This document shows, piece after piece, positions 36,326 to 46,952 of a stretch of 64,000 nt of DNA. Every line of letters begins with the position of its first letter. The first letter of the stretch is position 1. The position numbers and the translations under genes were made by a program. The notes under the pieces were generated by a model. That model had not been told where the DNA came from, did not search any database, and worked only from the letters and a program-made list of their open reading frames with translations. Source of the stretch: Candidatus Iainarchaeum sp. (GTDB lineage Archaea; Iainarchaeota; Iainarchaeia; Iainarchaeales; GCA-2688035). Location: contig JAFCCL010000001.1 of assembly GCA_017610205.1 (NCBI GenBank), positions 26,805 through 90,804 on the forward strand. Direction: 5' to 3'.

Positions 36326-37063
36326 ATGAAGGTAATTATTCCTGTTGCAGGTTATGCAACAAGGCTTTATCCGCTTACTGAAAACAAGCCAAAGGCATTG
36401 CTTGAAGTAAAAGGCAGTCCAATAATTGAACACATTGTAAAAAGAATTGAGGAACTGCCTGAAGTAAGCGAAATTTTTGTTGTAAGCAATGACAAATACT
36501 TTCAAAATTTTGAACAATGGCAAAAGGGCTTTTCAGGCAGTGTTCCAGTAAAGGTTTTGAACGACGGAACAAAAAGCAACGACGACAGGCTTGGGCAAAT
36601 TGGAGACATTGAGTTTGCAATTAGAGAATTTGGTTCTGAAGAGGATTTGCTTGTAATTGCAGGAGACAATTTGTTCAATTTTGGTCTTGCTCCTGTTTAC
36701 AATTTTTTTAAGGAAAAAAATGAAATTGTAAACGCATTGTACGACATTAATGATTTGGAGGCAGCAAAGCACCTTGGAGTAATGTCAATTGACAAGGAAA
36801 CAGGTCTTGTTGTTTCATTTGAAGAAAAGCCAGAGGAACCAAAGAGTACAAATGTTTCGCTTGGAATTTATTTTTTTCCAAAGGAAAAACTTTGTGAATT
36901 TAAGGCCTTTTTGGACAACGGAGGAACTGCTGACAAGATTGGTTATCTTATGGCAGAGCTTACTCAAAAGAAAAAGCTTTTTGGTTTTGTTTACTCTGAA
37001 AAATGGTTTGACATCGGTGTTTTGCCTGCTTTGGAGAAAGCAAGAAAGGAATTTGAGCCATAA
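36326..37063 (+). CDS. Sugar-phosphate nucleotidyltransferase
   Basis: AGYATRLYPLT..PKALL, AGDN, FEEKP, WFDIG. Confidence 0.88.
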   Translation: MKVIIPVAGYATRLYPLTENKPKALLEVKGSPIIEHIVKRIEELPEVSEIFVVSNDKYFQNFEQWQKGFSGSVPVKVLNDGTKSNDDRLGQIGDIEFAIREFGSEEDLLVIAGDNLFNFGLAPVYNFFKEKNEIVNALYDINDLEAAKHLGVMSIDKETGLVVSFEEKPEEPKSTNVSLGIYFFPKEKLCEFKAFLDNGGTADKIGYLMAELTQKKKLFGFVYSEKWFDIGVLPALEKARKEFEP

Positions 37064-37143
37064 GGCAAGTGCTTTAGTTTGAGTCGTTTGGCAATCAGAT
37101 ACTTTAAATAGTTTTTATTACTTCATTTATCAGGTGTTCTGAT

Positions 37144-38079
37144 TTGAAAACAGCTGTTGTAACAGGCGGAGCAGGTTTTATTGGAAGCCATTTGTGTGAA
37201 GTTCTTATTGAAAAAGGCAACAGGGTAATATGCGTTGACAACCTTGTTACCGGAAGCAAACTAAACATTTCTCATCTGCTTAAAAGAAAGAGTTTCAGGT
37301 TTGTAAAGCACGATATTACAAAACCACTGAAAGTAAAAGGACAGGTTGACAGAATATTTAACCTTGCAAGTCCTGCTTCTCCAAAAGACTTTTCAAGAAT
37401 TCCTGTGGAAATAATGATGACAAATTCTTTGGGAACAAAAAACATGCTTGATTTGGCTGTTGAAAAAAAGGCGATGTTTTTGGAAACCTCTACAAGTGAA
37501 GTTTACGGGCAGCCATTAGAGCATCCGCAGAAGGAAACCTATTTGGGAAATGTGAACACAATTGGTGAAAGAAGCTGTTATGACGAAAGCAAGAGGTTTG
37601 CAGAAGCACTTGTTTACTCCTATGCAAGAAAAACAGGGATTGAAACAAGGACTGCGAGAATTTTCAACACTTACGGTCCAAGAATGGGGCTTGATGATGG
37701 AAGGGTTACTCCGAATTTCATAATGCAGGCGCTTGAAGGAAAACTTCTTACAATTTACGGAAACGGAAAGCAAACAAGGTCTTTTTGCTTTGTAACCGAC
37801 ATGGTTGCAGGATTAATTGCCTTAATGGAATCAGATTACAGCAAGCCTGTGAACCTTGGCAACCCGCACGAAATGACTGTAAAAGAATTTGCAGAAGCGG
37901 TTTTAAAAATTTCAAAAAGCAAAAGCAGTCTGTCTTTTACAAAGCTTCCGGAAGACGATCCTGCAAGAAGAAAGCCTGATATTTCACTTGCAAAAAAAAA
38001 GCTTGGGTGGGCTCCGAAAGTAGGGCTTGAAGAAGGGCTTGCAAAAACAATTGAATGGTTTAAGCAACAAAACAGTTGA
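37144..38079 (+). CDS. UDP-glucuronate decarboxylase (UDP-xylose synthase)
   Basis: [44 protein letters not shown]. Confidence 0.9.
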   Translation: MKTAVVTGGAGFIGSHLCEVLIEKGNRVICVDNLVTGSKLNISHLLKRKSFRFVKHDITKPLKVKGQVDRIFNLASPASPKDFSRIPVEIMMTNSLGTKNMLDLAVEKKAMFLETSTSEVYGQPLEHPQKETYLGNVNTIGERSCYDESKRFAEALVYSYARKTGIETRTARIFNTYGPRMGLDDGRVTPNFIMQALEGKLLTIYGNGKQTRSFCFVTDMVAGLIALMESDYSKPVNLGNPHEMTVKEFAEAVLKISKSKSSLSFTKLPEDDPARRKPDISLAKKKLGWAPKVGLEEGLAKTIEWFKQQNS

Positions 38080-38089
38080 ATGGTTTTAA

Positions 38090-39073
38090 TTGGCAAAAGC
38101 ACTGGTTGTGTTAATTTTTATGAAATATGTAAAATATCTTGGTCTGATAGGGCTTGCGGTTTTTGTTTATATTATTTGGTCAATTGGAATTGATAACCTT
38201 GTTCAAAGTTTTTCTCAATTAGATCCGGTGCTTTTTGCGCTTGCTTTGCTGATTACGATTCCGTCAGTTTTGCTCAAAGCATACAAGCAATCGCTTTTAG
38301 TAAATGGTTTTGGAGCAAAGCTTGGCATTATAGATTCTGCAAGAATCTGGCTTATTGGATTTTTCTTTTCAATTATTACTCCTGGCAAATCAGGTGATGC
38401 AATCAAATGTGTTTACTTTTCTGACAAAACATCTGTAAGCACTGGCAAAGGTCTTTTGGCTGTTGTTGTTGAGCGCTTTTTTGATGTGGCAGTTCTTTTT
38501 GCATTGGCTCTCTTAGGACTTTTTGTGATTTCCTCTTATTTGATTCTTGACGTTGACCTTTTCATACCGCTACTTGCAATATTTTTAGTTTTCCTTGCAG
38601 TTGCATACCTTTTGACAAAAAAAAACCTTGTTTTTGTTGTCTTCAAACCATTTTACAGATTTTTTATTCCAAAAAGGTTTAATGAAAAAATAAAAGGCGG
38701 GCTTGATGAATTTTTTGACGGAATAAAAATTTACAAGTCAAAAAAAGGGCTGATGCTTAAAGCAGGCCTTCTTACTGTTTTGTTATGGGTTATTGCAGCG
38801 ATTCAGTATTATATTCTTGCACTGTCGTTGAACATTCCAATTTCTTTTGAATACCTTTTCATTATAATGCCAATAGTGAACCTTTTGGGAATTTTGCCGA
38901 TTGCGTTTAATGGAATTGGAACAAGGGAAATTTCGTTGGTGTTCTTCTTTGCTCTTGTTTCATTGCCTGCAAGCACAGCGGTTTCTTTTTCATTGCTTGT
39001 GTTCTTTTTAACCCTAATCCTTGGTGGTGCAGGATTTATTTTAACACTTGGAGAAAAAAAGAAAATGTTTTAA
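38090..39073 (+). CDS. Lysylphosphatidylglycerol synthase TM / UPF0104 flippase-like membrane protein
   Basis: TPGKSGDAIK, ERFFD, PIAFNGIGTRE. Confidence 0.8.
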   Translation: MAKALVVLIFMKYVKYLGLIGLAVFVYIIWSIGIDNLVQSFSQLDPVLFALALLITIPSVLLKAYKQSLLVNGFGAKLGIIDSARIWLIGFFFSIITPGKSGDAIKCVYFSDKTSVSTGKGLLAVVVERFFDVAVLFALALLGLFVISSYLILDVDLFIPLLAIFLVFLAVAYLLTKKNLVFVVFKPFYRFFIPKRFNEKIKGGLDEFFDGIKIYKSKKGLMLKAGLLTVLLWVIAAIQYYILALSLNIPISFEYLFIIMPIVNLLGILPIAFNGIGTREISLVFFFALVSLPASTAVSFSLLVFFLTLILGGAGFILTLGEKKKMF

Positions 39074-39630
39074 AAAACTGGTTTGATCTTTGTACCGGTC
39101 TTCTTTCTAAATTTTATAATATCTGTAAGACCCCAGATTGTTTTTTCTTTCTCGACTTCAAAAAGGTCTTCAAACAGTTTTTTCCATTCTTTTTTTGTGT
39201 GAATGTTTATGTGGTCTTCTTTGAATGAAGAACCTGCTATGTTTGTGAAAAAAAACCAGACTGTCTGTGCAAAAAACGAGCCACTAAAGGAAGAAAATAC
39301 AAAAACGCCGTCTTTCTTTAGTACTCTGTATATTTCTTTTTTTGCATTCTTAAGATTTGAAATGTGTTCAAATATTTCTGTGGCAACAATAGCATCAAAT
39401 GTTTCGTCTGGAAAAGGGATGTTTTCAACTGAACCCTTTTTAAAATCAAAACTTTTGTCTTCACAATCCTTAATATCCAACCCGGTTCCTCTTCCTAGAA
39501 TTTTAATGAAAGAGCCATCGCTCATTGTTTTGCAAGGTTTGCAACAACCTATATCCAAAACCCTTTCTTTTGAACCCACAAATTCAGCCGCTGTCATATA
39601 TCTTTTCCTGTGCCAAATTTCCCTTATCAT
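39070..39630 (-). CDS. Class I SAM-dependent methyltransferase
   Basis: VLDIGC, PFPDETFDAI, EIFEH, RVLKKDG. Confidence 0.85.
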   Translation of the reverse strand: MIREIWHRKRYMTAAEFVGSKERVLDIGCCKPCKTMSDGSFIKILGRGTGLDIKDCEDKSFDFKKGSVENIPFPDETFDAIVATEIFEHISNLKNAKKEIYRVLKKDGVFVFSSFSGSFFAQTVWFFFTNIAGSSFKEDHINIHTKKEWKKLFEDLFEVEKEKTIWGLTDIIKFRKKTGTKIKPVF

Positions 39631-39652
39631 AAAATCACAACTCTAACAGTTT

Positions 39653-40375
39653 TTATTTTTCCGAAACAAGTATTGCCTTAAGTTTTAACAAACCAACGAA
39701 CATTTTCACATTACTTATGCCCAATATCATCTTAGCTTCACCCACATGTTTCCATGTTATTGGAATGACGCCTATTTCAATACCTTCTTTTTTTGCACGG
39801 GCAAACAATTCCACATCAAAAATCCATCGTTCTGAAACAAGTTTTTTCGCAATTTTTCTTCCAGTTTCTTTACGAAATCCTTTAAATCCGCAAAGCGAAT
39901 CATTTATTCCTGTATTAAAAATTATTAAAACAAGGCGGTTGAAAACTTTTCCCGCTATAATTCTTTGAAACGGTTGTTTTCTTATTATCTTACTTTTTTT
40001 ACTTGCTCTGGTGCCTGTTACAAACTCGTATTTTTTAAGTGCTTCAATCATTTTTGGTAATTCGGACGGTGAAGTTGAACCGTCTGCATCCATAAACACT
40101 ACAAAATCGGATTTGGCTGCAAGTAATCCTTTTTTTACGGCATAACCCTTACCTTTGTTTGTCTTGTAAGAAATTATCCTTATACGCTTTCCAAATACCT
40201 CAAGTTTTTTAAGCGTCTTGTCAGTACTGCCATCGTTCACTACTAATATTTCTTTCAAAACATGGTTCTTTTTTTTGAATGCTTCAAGGTCGGAAAGAAA
40301 AGAAACAATTCTATTTTCTTCATTGTAGGCCGGAACTATTACTGTAAGTGTCTTCGAAGCCATATAAATTACCAA
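39653..40375 (-). CDS. GT2 dolichyl-phosphate glycosyltransferase-like
   Basis: VPAYNEE, VNDGSTD, NKGKG, DADGS, DSLCGFK, FDVEL. Confidence 0.9.
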   Translation of the reverse strand: MVIYMASKTLTVIVPAYNEENRIVSFLSDLEAFKKKNHVLKEILVVNDGSTDKTLKKLEVFGKRIRIISYKTNKGKGYAVKKGLLAAKSDFVVFMDADGSTSPSELPKMIEALKKYEFVTGTRASKKSKIIRKQPFQRIIAGKVFNRLVLIIFNTGINDSLCGFKGFRKETGRKIAKKLVSERWIFDVELFARAKKEGIEIGVIPITWKHVGEAKMILGISNVKMFVGLLKLKAILVSEK

Positions 40376-40531
40376 CTTTGTCTATCGCAAAAACAGAAGC
40401 GAACGCAACCGAATTTAATAATCTGCTATTGTTTTTTTAAATATATCCAACTGTCTTCGGAAAACATTCGGTCCGTTGAAAAGTTAATCTTACGTTAAAA
40501 ATTAAAACACTTACTAAAACAATTACCTTTA

Positions 40532-42232
40532 ATGTTTTGGAAAAAAATGATATGTTTGGGGGAAAAACATCTGCCCCTTCTATTAATACTCCTTTTCGCA
40601 GTTTTTCTCCAGTCAATATGGCTTTCGGCTGATCCGCCTTCGGAAATAAGCTGGAGCAATGGAATATTTACTGATCCTGGTATAAGAGCAACTGAAGCCA
40701 GAAACATTATTCTTTTTGGGTCCAACTATCCGCTTGGTAACCAGGAGATTCCTTACTTTATGAGCCCTTTGCTCACTTCAACTTTAATCCCTTGGTTTAG
40801 TGTTTTTGGAATAGGTTATGCTCAGCTAAGGGTGCTTTCAATTCTCTTCTATCTCTTTTCAGTAATTGCACTATACGTTTTGTCAAAAGAAGTGGCATCA
40901 AGACAAACAGCAACCATTGCCGTTTTTCTGTTTGCGTTCTCCTTTCCAGTAATAATGTATGGCAAATACGGTCTTCTTGAAGTGTTTGCAATGCCTTTTC
41001 TTATTCTTTCCATGTTATTTGCTGTAAAAAGTATAACTTTTGTAAAAGATAAATCTCTTCAGATTATTGCCTGTCAAAAGTCTGGAAAAGAATTTGCCTT
41101 AAAGATACTCTCCCTGTTGTTTTTTTTCATGGCATTTTTGTTCAAGCCAACTTCTCTTGTTTTACTACCTGTACTTGGATTACTTTTTTTGGTGGGCAAA
41201 GACTGTTTTTTATCCAAAAAAAAATTGCCAAGTGCAATAGTACTTATGGCATTATTAGTTACATTCCTTTCCTTAACTTTTTTCTTTGACCCGCGATTTT
41301 TTGACATTTCAGGTTCGCAGGTACCAGCGGCGTTTGGTGCAAGTGCAATAATGATTGTGCGCAATATACTGTTAATGTTTGCAAATAATTTGTTTGCACA
41401 AACAGCAGTAATTTTCTCACTAGCACTTGTGGCTTCCCTCTTTGCAGTATTCAGACTTGCCAAGCACGGTTTCATAAAAATTACTCCAAAAACCGCTATC
41501 TTTATGTGGTTCTTTTTCAGCACTCTTGGTTTATCATTACTTTCATACCAACCACCGAGATATTTTCTCATAATTCTTCCTCCAATGTGCTTTCTTGCCG
41601 CAGACGCAATCTCCCATTTTGCAACTAATATTCCAAACAAGACTTTCTTTTCAAAGAAAAACATGCTTTTTTTTATACCATGGCTTTTAGTAGCCAGTTT
41701 TTGGATTGCTGTTTCATCAAACAAATTCATTTTTGCAAAAGCCTTTGACCTATTGTTTTTCTTTCCTACAATTTTTATCATCTTTCTCATAACATCATAT
41801 CTAATTTGCCGTTTTCTCCTGTCCTTGTTGTCAAAAAGAAATGTAAGAAAAACGTTTGTGTTAGGTATATTCCTGCTATTTGTTTTGTCAAGTGTATTAC
41901 CGTTTGCGAATTGGGCAATGTCTCCAAATTATTCTCTTACGGAAACTGCAAACTATCTTGAAGCAGATGTAGGTCCTGAAGCGATTGTAATTGGGTTCTC
42001 TACAAACTGGCTTTGTATTGAAACAAGTCTAAAATGCATTCCGATGTTCAATACTTTTAACAACAAACAGCCTTTTGAAAGATTTAAACCAAGTCATTTA
42101 ATTATACAACCTGGTCTTGATGATGAACTTTTGGATGAAATTTATCCAAATGGCTGGAGGAGTCGGCTTGAATTCATAAAAAATTACTATGTTGGAAGAG
42201 ACGAACTTGGTTTATACAGATTAATTGGGTAA
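40532..42232 (+). CDS. ArnT/PMT-like (GT-C) membrane glycosyltransferase
   Basis: N-terminal TM, then FTDPG; FGIGYAQLR, FKP, YQPPRYF; many TM helices. Confidence 0.75.
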   Translation: MFWKKMICLGEKHLPLLLILLFAVFLQSIWLSADPPSEISWSNGIFTDPGIRATEARNIILFGSNYPLGNQEIPYFMSPLLTSTLIPWFSVFGIGYAQLRVLSILFYLFSVIALYVLSKEVASRQTATIAVFLFAFSFPVIMYGKYGLLEVFAMPFLILSMLFAVKSITFVKDKSLQIIACQKSGKEFALKILSLLFFFMAFLFKPTSLVLLPVLGLLFLVGKDCFLSKKKLPSAIVLMALLVTFLSLTFFFDPRFFDISGSQVPAAFGASAIMIVRNILLMFANNLFAQTAVIFSLALVASLFAVFRLAKHGFIKITPKTAIFMWFFFSTLGLSLLSYQPPRYFLIILPPMCFLAADAISHFATNIPNKTFFSKKNMLFFIPWLLVASFWIAVSSNKFIFAKAFDLLFFFPTIFIIFLITSYLICRFLLSLLSKRNVRKTFVLGIFLLFVLSSVLPFANWAMSPNYSLTETANYLEADVGPEAIVIGFSTNWLCIETSLKCIPMFNTFNNKQPFERFKPSHLIIQPGLDDELLDEIYPNGWRSRLEFIKNYYVGRDELGLYRLIG

Positions 42233-42360
42233 TGTAATTCTGGTAATCTGGCTTGGGAAAAATTGGTTTTGGAATAATCTGTTTTTAGGAAAATTGGTTC
42301 AGAAGTAATACAATCTTCACATAATACCTTCTTTAAATCACTTTTTGTGTCATTTTTTTA

Positions 42361-43641
42361 ATGAATCAAAATACTGTTTGTATTGTTGGCTTGGGTTATG
42401 TTGGTTTTCCACTTGCCTGCCTTTGTGCAAAAAAGGGTTTTAAGGTAAGCGGGTTTGATTTGGATGCTGAAAAGGTTGATTTGATAAATAAAGGCAAATC
42501 TCCAATAAAAGACAGCTATGTTGAAGAAAATCTGGCTGCGGGGAAAATAAAGGCAACAACCGATGCAAAAACATCCCTTAATTTGGCAGATATTGCAATT
42601 GTGTGCGTTCCAACCCCTGCAATTGACAGCAAGCCAGATCTTAGCTTTGTTAAGGCTGCATGCAAAGAGCTTGCGCCCTTTGTTTCAAAAGGTGAGCTCG
42701 TAATAATTGAGTCAACAATTTATCCTGGCACTGTTGAAGAAATTGTATTGCCAATTCTTGAAAAGGGTTCAGGTCTTAAAGCAGGAAAGGACTTTTTTTT
42801 AGGCCACTGTCCTGAAAGAATTGACCCTGGTAACAAAAAATTTACTATTGAAAAAATTCCAAGAGTTCTTGCTTGTTTGAGTGCAAAAGGCAATGCAAAG
42901 GCAAAAAAATTTTACAATTCTTTAATTGATGCAGAAATAACTGTTTTGGCATCTGTAAAAAGCGCTGAAGCGGTGAAGGTTGTTGAAAACACGTTTCGTG
43001 ACATAAACATTGCGTATGTAAATGAGCTTGCAAAAAGCTTTGACAAGATGGGAATTGACTTAAGCGAGGTAATTAAGGGGGCTTCAACAAAGCCATTTGG
43101 CTTCATGCCGTTCTACCCAGGCCCTGGAGTTGGAGGTCATTGTATTGCTCAGGATCCCTACTATCTTATTGAGAGAGCCAGGCAAAGCGGTTTCAAGCAC
43201 AGTTTTTTGGCTCTTGCCAGAGAAATAAATAACAGCATGCCGTCCTACGTTGTTTTGCTTGTTGAAGGTCTTCTTCAGAAGGCAAAAATTGATTTGAAAA
43301 ATGCAAAAATTTCAGTGCTTGGTCTTTCCTATAAGCCTGAAATTGATGATGTTAGGGAAAGTCCTGCTTTGAAGATAGCTTCTCTTCTAAAGCCAAAAGT
43401 TGCAAAATTAACTTTGTTTGACCCGTTTGTTTTGGAAAAAAGCAATGTTTCCTCGCTTGATTTAGCCTTAAAGGACTGCGATTGTATTGTTCTCGCAACT
43501 AACCATCGGGTATTTCTTGAAAAGCTTTTGCCTTCTTTCCTGAAAAGCAAGAGCGTTAAAGCTGTTCTTGATGCAAGGAATGCTTTGGACAAGCAGGGAA
43601 TCGAAAGAGAAGGAATTCTGTACAAGGGTATTGGCAGGTAA
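42361..43641 (+). CDS. Nucleotide-sugar (UDP-HexNAc) dehydrogenase
   Basis: GLGYVG, CVPTP, ESTIYPG, PERIDPG, GPGVGGHCI, YKPEIDDVRESP. Confidence 0.92.
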   Translation: MNQNTVCIVGLGYVGFPLACLCAKKGFKVSGFDLDAEKVDLINKGKSPIKDSYVEENLAAGKIKATTDAKTSLNLADIAIVCVPTPAIDSKPDLSFVKAACKELAPFVSKGELVIIESTIYPGTVEEIVLPILEKGSGLKAGKDFFLGHCPERIDPGNKKFTIEKIPRVLACLSAKGNAKAKKFYNSLIDAEITVLASVKSAEAVKVVENTFRDINIAYVNELAKSFDKMGIDLSEVIKGASTKPFGFMPFYPGPGVGGHCIAQDPYYLIERARQSGFKHSFLALAREINNSMPSYVVLLVEGLLQKAKIDLKNAKISVLGLSYKPEIDDVRESPALKIASLLKPKVAKLTLFDPFVLEKSNVSSLDLALKDCDCIVLATNHRVFLEKLLPSFLKSKSVKAVLDARNALDKQGIEREGILYKGIGR

Positions 43642-43653
43642 AGAGGTTTTTTT

Positions 43654-45081
43654 TTGAACTCTGTTGAAAAAGGAACAACTTATATTATTGCCTCAAGGTT
43701 TGTCTTTTTTTTAACAGGTTATATAATTTACTTTATTCTTGCCAGGTTTTTATTGACTCCTGAACAATTTGGAGTTTATGGTCTTATAATTGCGCTTTTC
43801 ACAACAGTAAACATGGTTTTGGTAACAACCTTGAACCAGGCTGTTTCAAAATTTGTTTCAGAAAAAGAACACCTTGCAGAAGTAATTAAAAGAAAGGCCT
43901 TAAAGTTGCAGATTGGTTTTAGCCTAATTATTTTTGCAGCTTATTTTGCACTGGCTCCGTTTATTGCATTTGCTTTAAATGACATGACTTTAGTGCCTTT
44001 AATTCAATTCAGCGGACTGCTTTTTATTTCCCATCCCCTTTTTTCAATTTTTGGCGGCTGTCTTACTGGGCTAAGGCAGTTCAAAGGCTTTGCATGGCTT
44101 GAAATAAGTTACAGCGTAATGAAAATGCTTTTGGTAATTGGATTTGTTTTGTTGGGCTTTGAAATTTTTGGCGCAATTGGTGGATTTGTAGCGGCTTCTT
44201 TCCTGGCTGTTGCAATTGGTTTTTTGCTTACTAAATCTAAAAAGTCTGCTGGAAGTTTTGATTCAAAAAAACTTATTTCTTTTGCTTGGCCTCTTCTTTT
44301 TCTTGCAATAATTCAAAGCCTTTTGCTTTACATTGACCTATTTGCAGTAAAATCCTGGAGTTATGTTAATGCAGACCTTTTGTCAGGTTATTATGTTGCA
44401 GCTCAAACAATTGCAAGGCTTCCCCAATTTCTTATTTTTGCAATTGTCTTTGTAATGTTTCCGTTAATTTCTTCAACAACCTTCAAAAAGCAGGACAAAA
44501 AAGCCAAATTTTACTTAAGCAATGCAATTAGATACACTGTCTTATTCATTGCGCCTGTAACTGTTATAATTGCTGCAAATTCTGGTCCAATTATTTCACT
44601 GCTTTATTCTGCAATTTATTTACCTGGAGCAAGCGCCCTTTCAATTCTTGCATTTAGTTCAGCATTCTATGCTTTGTTTTTAATTCTTACAACAGCAATT
44701 TCAAGCAGGGGGGAATCAAGGGTTTCAATGTACTGTGGCGGAATTGCTTTACTCTCGCTTTTTGTATCTTTGGCAATTTTGGTTCCATCTTATTCAATTG
44801 AGGGGGCTGCTATTGCTTCCTTAATTGCTTCCTTTATTGGAATGATTTTGGCAGCTGGTTATGTGCTATACAAGTTTGGTGTCTTAATTCCTGCAAAAAG
44901 TTTTGCAAAAATACTTGCTGCAAGTACAATAACTTTTTTCATTTCATTTGTAATGCCTGCAACCGGCTTTTTACTTATTGCAAAGCTTTTGTTCCTTTTG
45001 CTAATTTACTGCCTTGCATTGGTTGCATTAAGGGAACTTGACAAACGTGACTTTGCTGTTTTCTTAAAGATGCTTCGATAA
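43654..45081 (+). CDS. Wzx-type oligosaccharide flippase
   Basis: LARFLLTPEQFG.Y, GYYVAA, many TM helices. Confidence 0.85.
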   Translation: MNSVEKGTTYIIASRFVFFLTGYIIYFILARFLLTPEQFGVYGLIIALFTTVNMVLVTTLNQAVSKFVSEKEHLAEVIKRKALKLQIGFSLIIFAAYFALAPFIAFALNDMTLVPLIQFSGLLFISHPLFSIFGGCLTGLRQFKGFAWLEISYSVMKMLLVIGFVLLGFEIFGAIGGFVAASFLAVAIGFLLTKSKKSAGSFDSKKLISFAWPLLFLAIIQSLLLYIDLFAVKSWSYVNADLLSGYYVAAQTIARLPQFLIFAIVFVMFPLISSTTFKKQDKKAKFYLSNAIRYTVLFIAPVTVIIAANSGPIISLLYSAIYLPGASALSILAFSSAFYALFLILTTAISSRGESRVSMYCGGIALLSLFVSLAILVPSYSIEGAAIASLIASFIGMILAAGYVLYKFGVLIPAKSFAKILAASTITFFISFVMPATGFLLIAKLLFLLLIYCLALVALRELDKRDFAVFLKMLR

Positions 45082-45089
45082 AAAAAAGA

Positions 45090-46811
45090 TTATTTTTTAT
45101 CCACTATAAAGTTTCCTAAAACAAGTACGTCTACTGCACCATTTTTGAATGAGCGAATTGCATCATCTGGTGTGCAAACAATTGGTTCTTCATGTGCATT
45201 AAATGACGTGTTAATAAAAAGAGGCAAGCCAGTAATGTCCTTGTATGCTTTTAGGACTTTGTGATAACGTGGGTTTGCTCTTGTGTCAACTACCTGTGGC
45301 CTTGCGGTGTCGTCCACGTGAACTACGGCTGGTGCAAGTTTTGCTTTTGCTTCTGGAACATCAAATGTTATTGTCATAAATCTTGCAGCATAAGCGCTTT
45401 GTTCATAATTTTTGTAAAATGCTTTTGCATCAGTGTCAAGTATTGATGGGGCAAATGGCATGAATTCTGTTCTATGAAGTCTTTTGTTAAGCCAGTTGTT
45501 TATGTTTTTGTCTGTTGGGTCTGCAATAATGCTCCTGTTTCCAAGAGCTCGTGGCCCATACTCCATTCTTCCCTGGAAATGTCCTACAATCTTTTTTTCT
45601 GAAATGGCTTGTGCTGTTTCTGTCTCAATGTCGTTTACTTCCCTTGCCTTAAGTTTGTGCTTTTCAAGAGCTTTGCTGATTTCTTCTTTGCTAAAGCCTG
45701 GTCCAAAGTAAATATTGTCAAGCTCTTTTGGCTTTAGAAAGCTTCCTTGGTTAAGTTTGTGTTCTGCAAAAAGATAAAGTGCTGCTCCAACTGCAAGCCC
45801 TCCGTCTCCCATGTGAGGGTGGACAAAGAAAGAATTTACTTTTGGACTTTCTGCAATTCTTTGATTGAGTTTTACGTTTGCAAAAACTCCTCCTGCTGTT
45901 ACAACATCGCGAATCCCTGTTTTTTCAACCCAGTAATCTACATATTTTACAAGATTTTCTTCCAAGTGGTCTTGAATTGAAGCCGCAAGGTTTTTGTTGT
46001 CAAAATTTCCAATACCCTCTTTTAGTTTAAGCTTTGCAGAATCATGTCTTGACTTGCTATAGTTCACAATTCTTCCATTGTTGTATCTTACAAGGCTGTT
46101 AAAATAATCAAGATAAGCTGGTTTTCCATAAGCAGCCAATCCAGTTATTTTTCCTTCGTGTTTGTTTGGAGTAAAGCCACATAATTCAGTAACGTAAGCG
46201 TAATATTTTCCAATTGAATTATAGCTTCCTAATCTAAACGCTGTTTTCATTTCGCCTTTTTCTCCAATGCATACAAGTGATGATATGCTGTCACCCGATG
46301 CGTCGTTTGTTACAATTGTTGCGTTTTCTTTTCCTGAGGTATAATATGCACCTGCAGCATGTGCAGTGTGATGGTCTACAAACTTTACAGGACATTCGAA
46401 TCCTATTTTTTTAATTTCTTTTTTGGTTCTTGTTCTCCTGCCTTTTGTACCTGCTTTTTCAATCGCTCTTTGGAAAGGAATCCATTTTTCAGAACTTAGG
46501 ATTGCTCCTGAAAATCCGCTTAGTTTTGAAACAAGTTTTTTTGTGCTTTTTCCTTCGACTAATGCAGATGCGTCTTTGTGGCTTACAATTTCGGGTTTTA
46601 ATGTGCCAAAAATGGTTGCAACTGCAACTATGTCAATATCTTTTGCTTCAATTTTTGCAATTTTTAAAACAGCCTGAATTGATTGTTTTGGAAAGCCCCA
46701 GCACATTTTTTCTCTGTTAATCCTTTCTTCGTTTACTGCCGCAATTATTTTGCCATCTTCAATTACTGCGGCTCCACAGTCATGTGAATCATGTATTCCA
46801 AGAATCTTCAT
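45090..46811 (-). CDS. O-carbamoyltransferase (NodU/CmcH family)
   Basis: HDCGAA..EERI, HHTAHAA, EGKITGLAAYG, GGVFANVK, EYGPRALGNRS, NTSFN. Confidence 0.93.
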   Translation of the reverse strand: MKILGIHDSHDCGAAVIEDGKIIAAVNEERINREKMCWGFPKQSIQAVLKIAKIEAKDIDIVAVATIFGTLKPEIVSHKDASALVEGKSTKKLVSKLSGFSGAILSSEKWIPFQRAIEKAGTKGRRTRTKKEIKKIGFECPVKFVDHHTAHAAGAYYTSGKENATIVTNDASGDSISSLVCIGEKGEMKTAFRLGSYNSIGKYYAYVTELCGFTPNKHEGKITGLAAYGKPAYLDYFNSLVRYNNGRIVNYSKSRHDSAKLKLKEGIGNFDNKNLAASIQDHLEENLVKYVDYWVEKTGIRDVVTAGGVFANVKLNQRIAESPKVNSFFVHPHMGDGGLAVGAALYLFAEHKLNQGSFLKPKELDNIYFGPGFSKEEISKALEKHKLKAREVNDIETETAQAISEKKIVGHFQGRMEYGPRALGNRSIIADPTDKNINNWLNKRLHRTEFMPFAPSILDTDAKAFYKNYEQSAYAARFMTITFDVPEAKAKLAPAVVHVDDTARPQVVDTRANPRYHKVLKAYKDITGLPLFINTSFNAHEEPIVCTPDDAIRSFKNGAVDVLVLGNFIVDKK

Positions 46812-46952
46812 AGTTTTTCACGCTTTTTCTTTCAAATAGTATAATGAATTACTAAAAGCAATAAAAACGTTAATGCTTTTAGTTTGCACTATTGTACCAA
46901 TGGAAAAAGCTTCTCTTAGTTGCATTGTTTTATTTGTTTGATTTTTTTTATC

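Noticed and set aside
42244-42299. Degenerate 25-bp direct repeat (TAATCTG...AAAATTGGTT)
   Set aside because: Two imperfect AT-rich copies only, with no associated feature.
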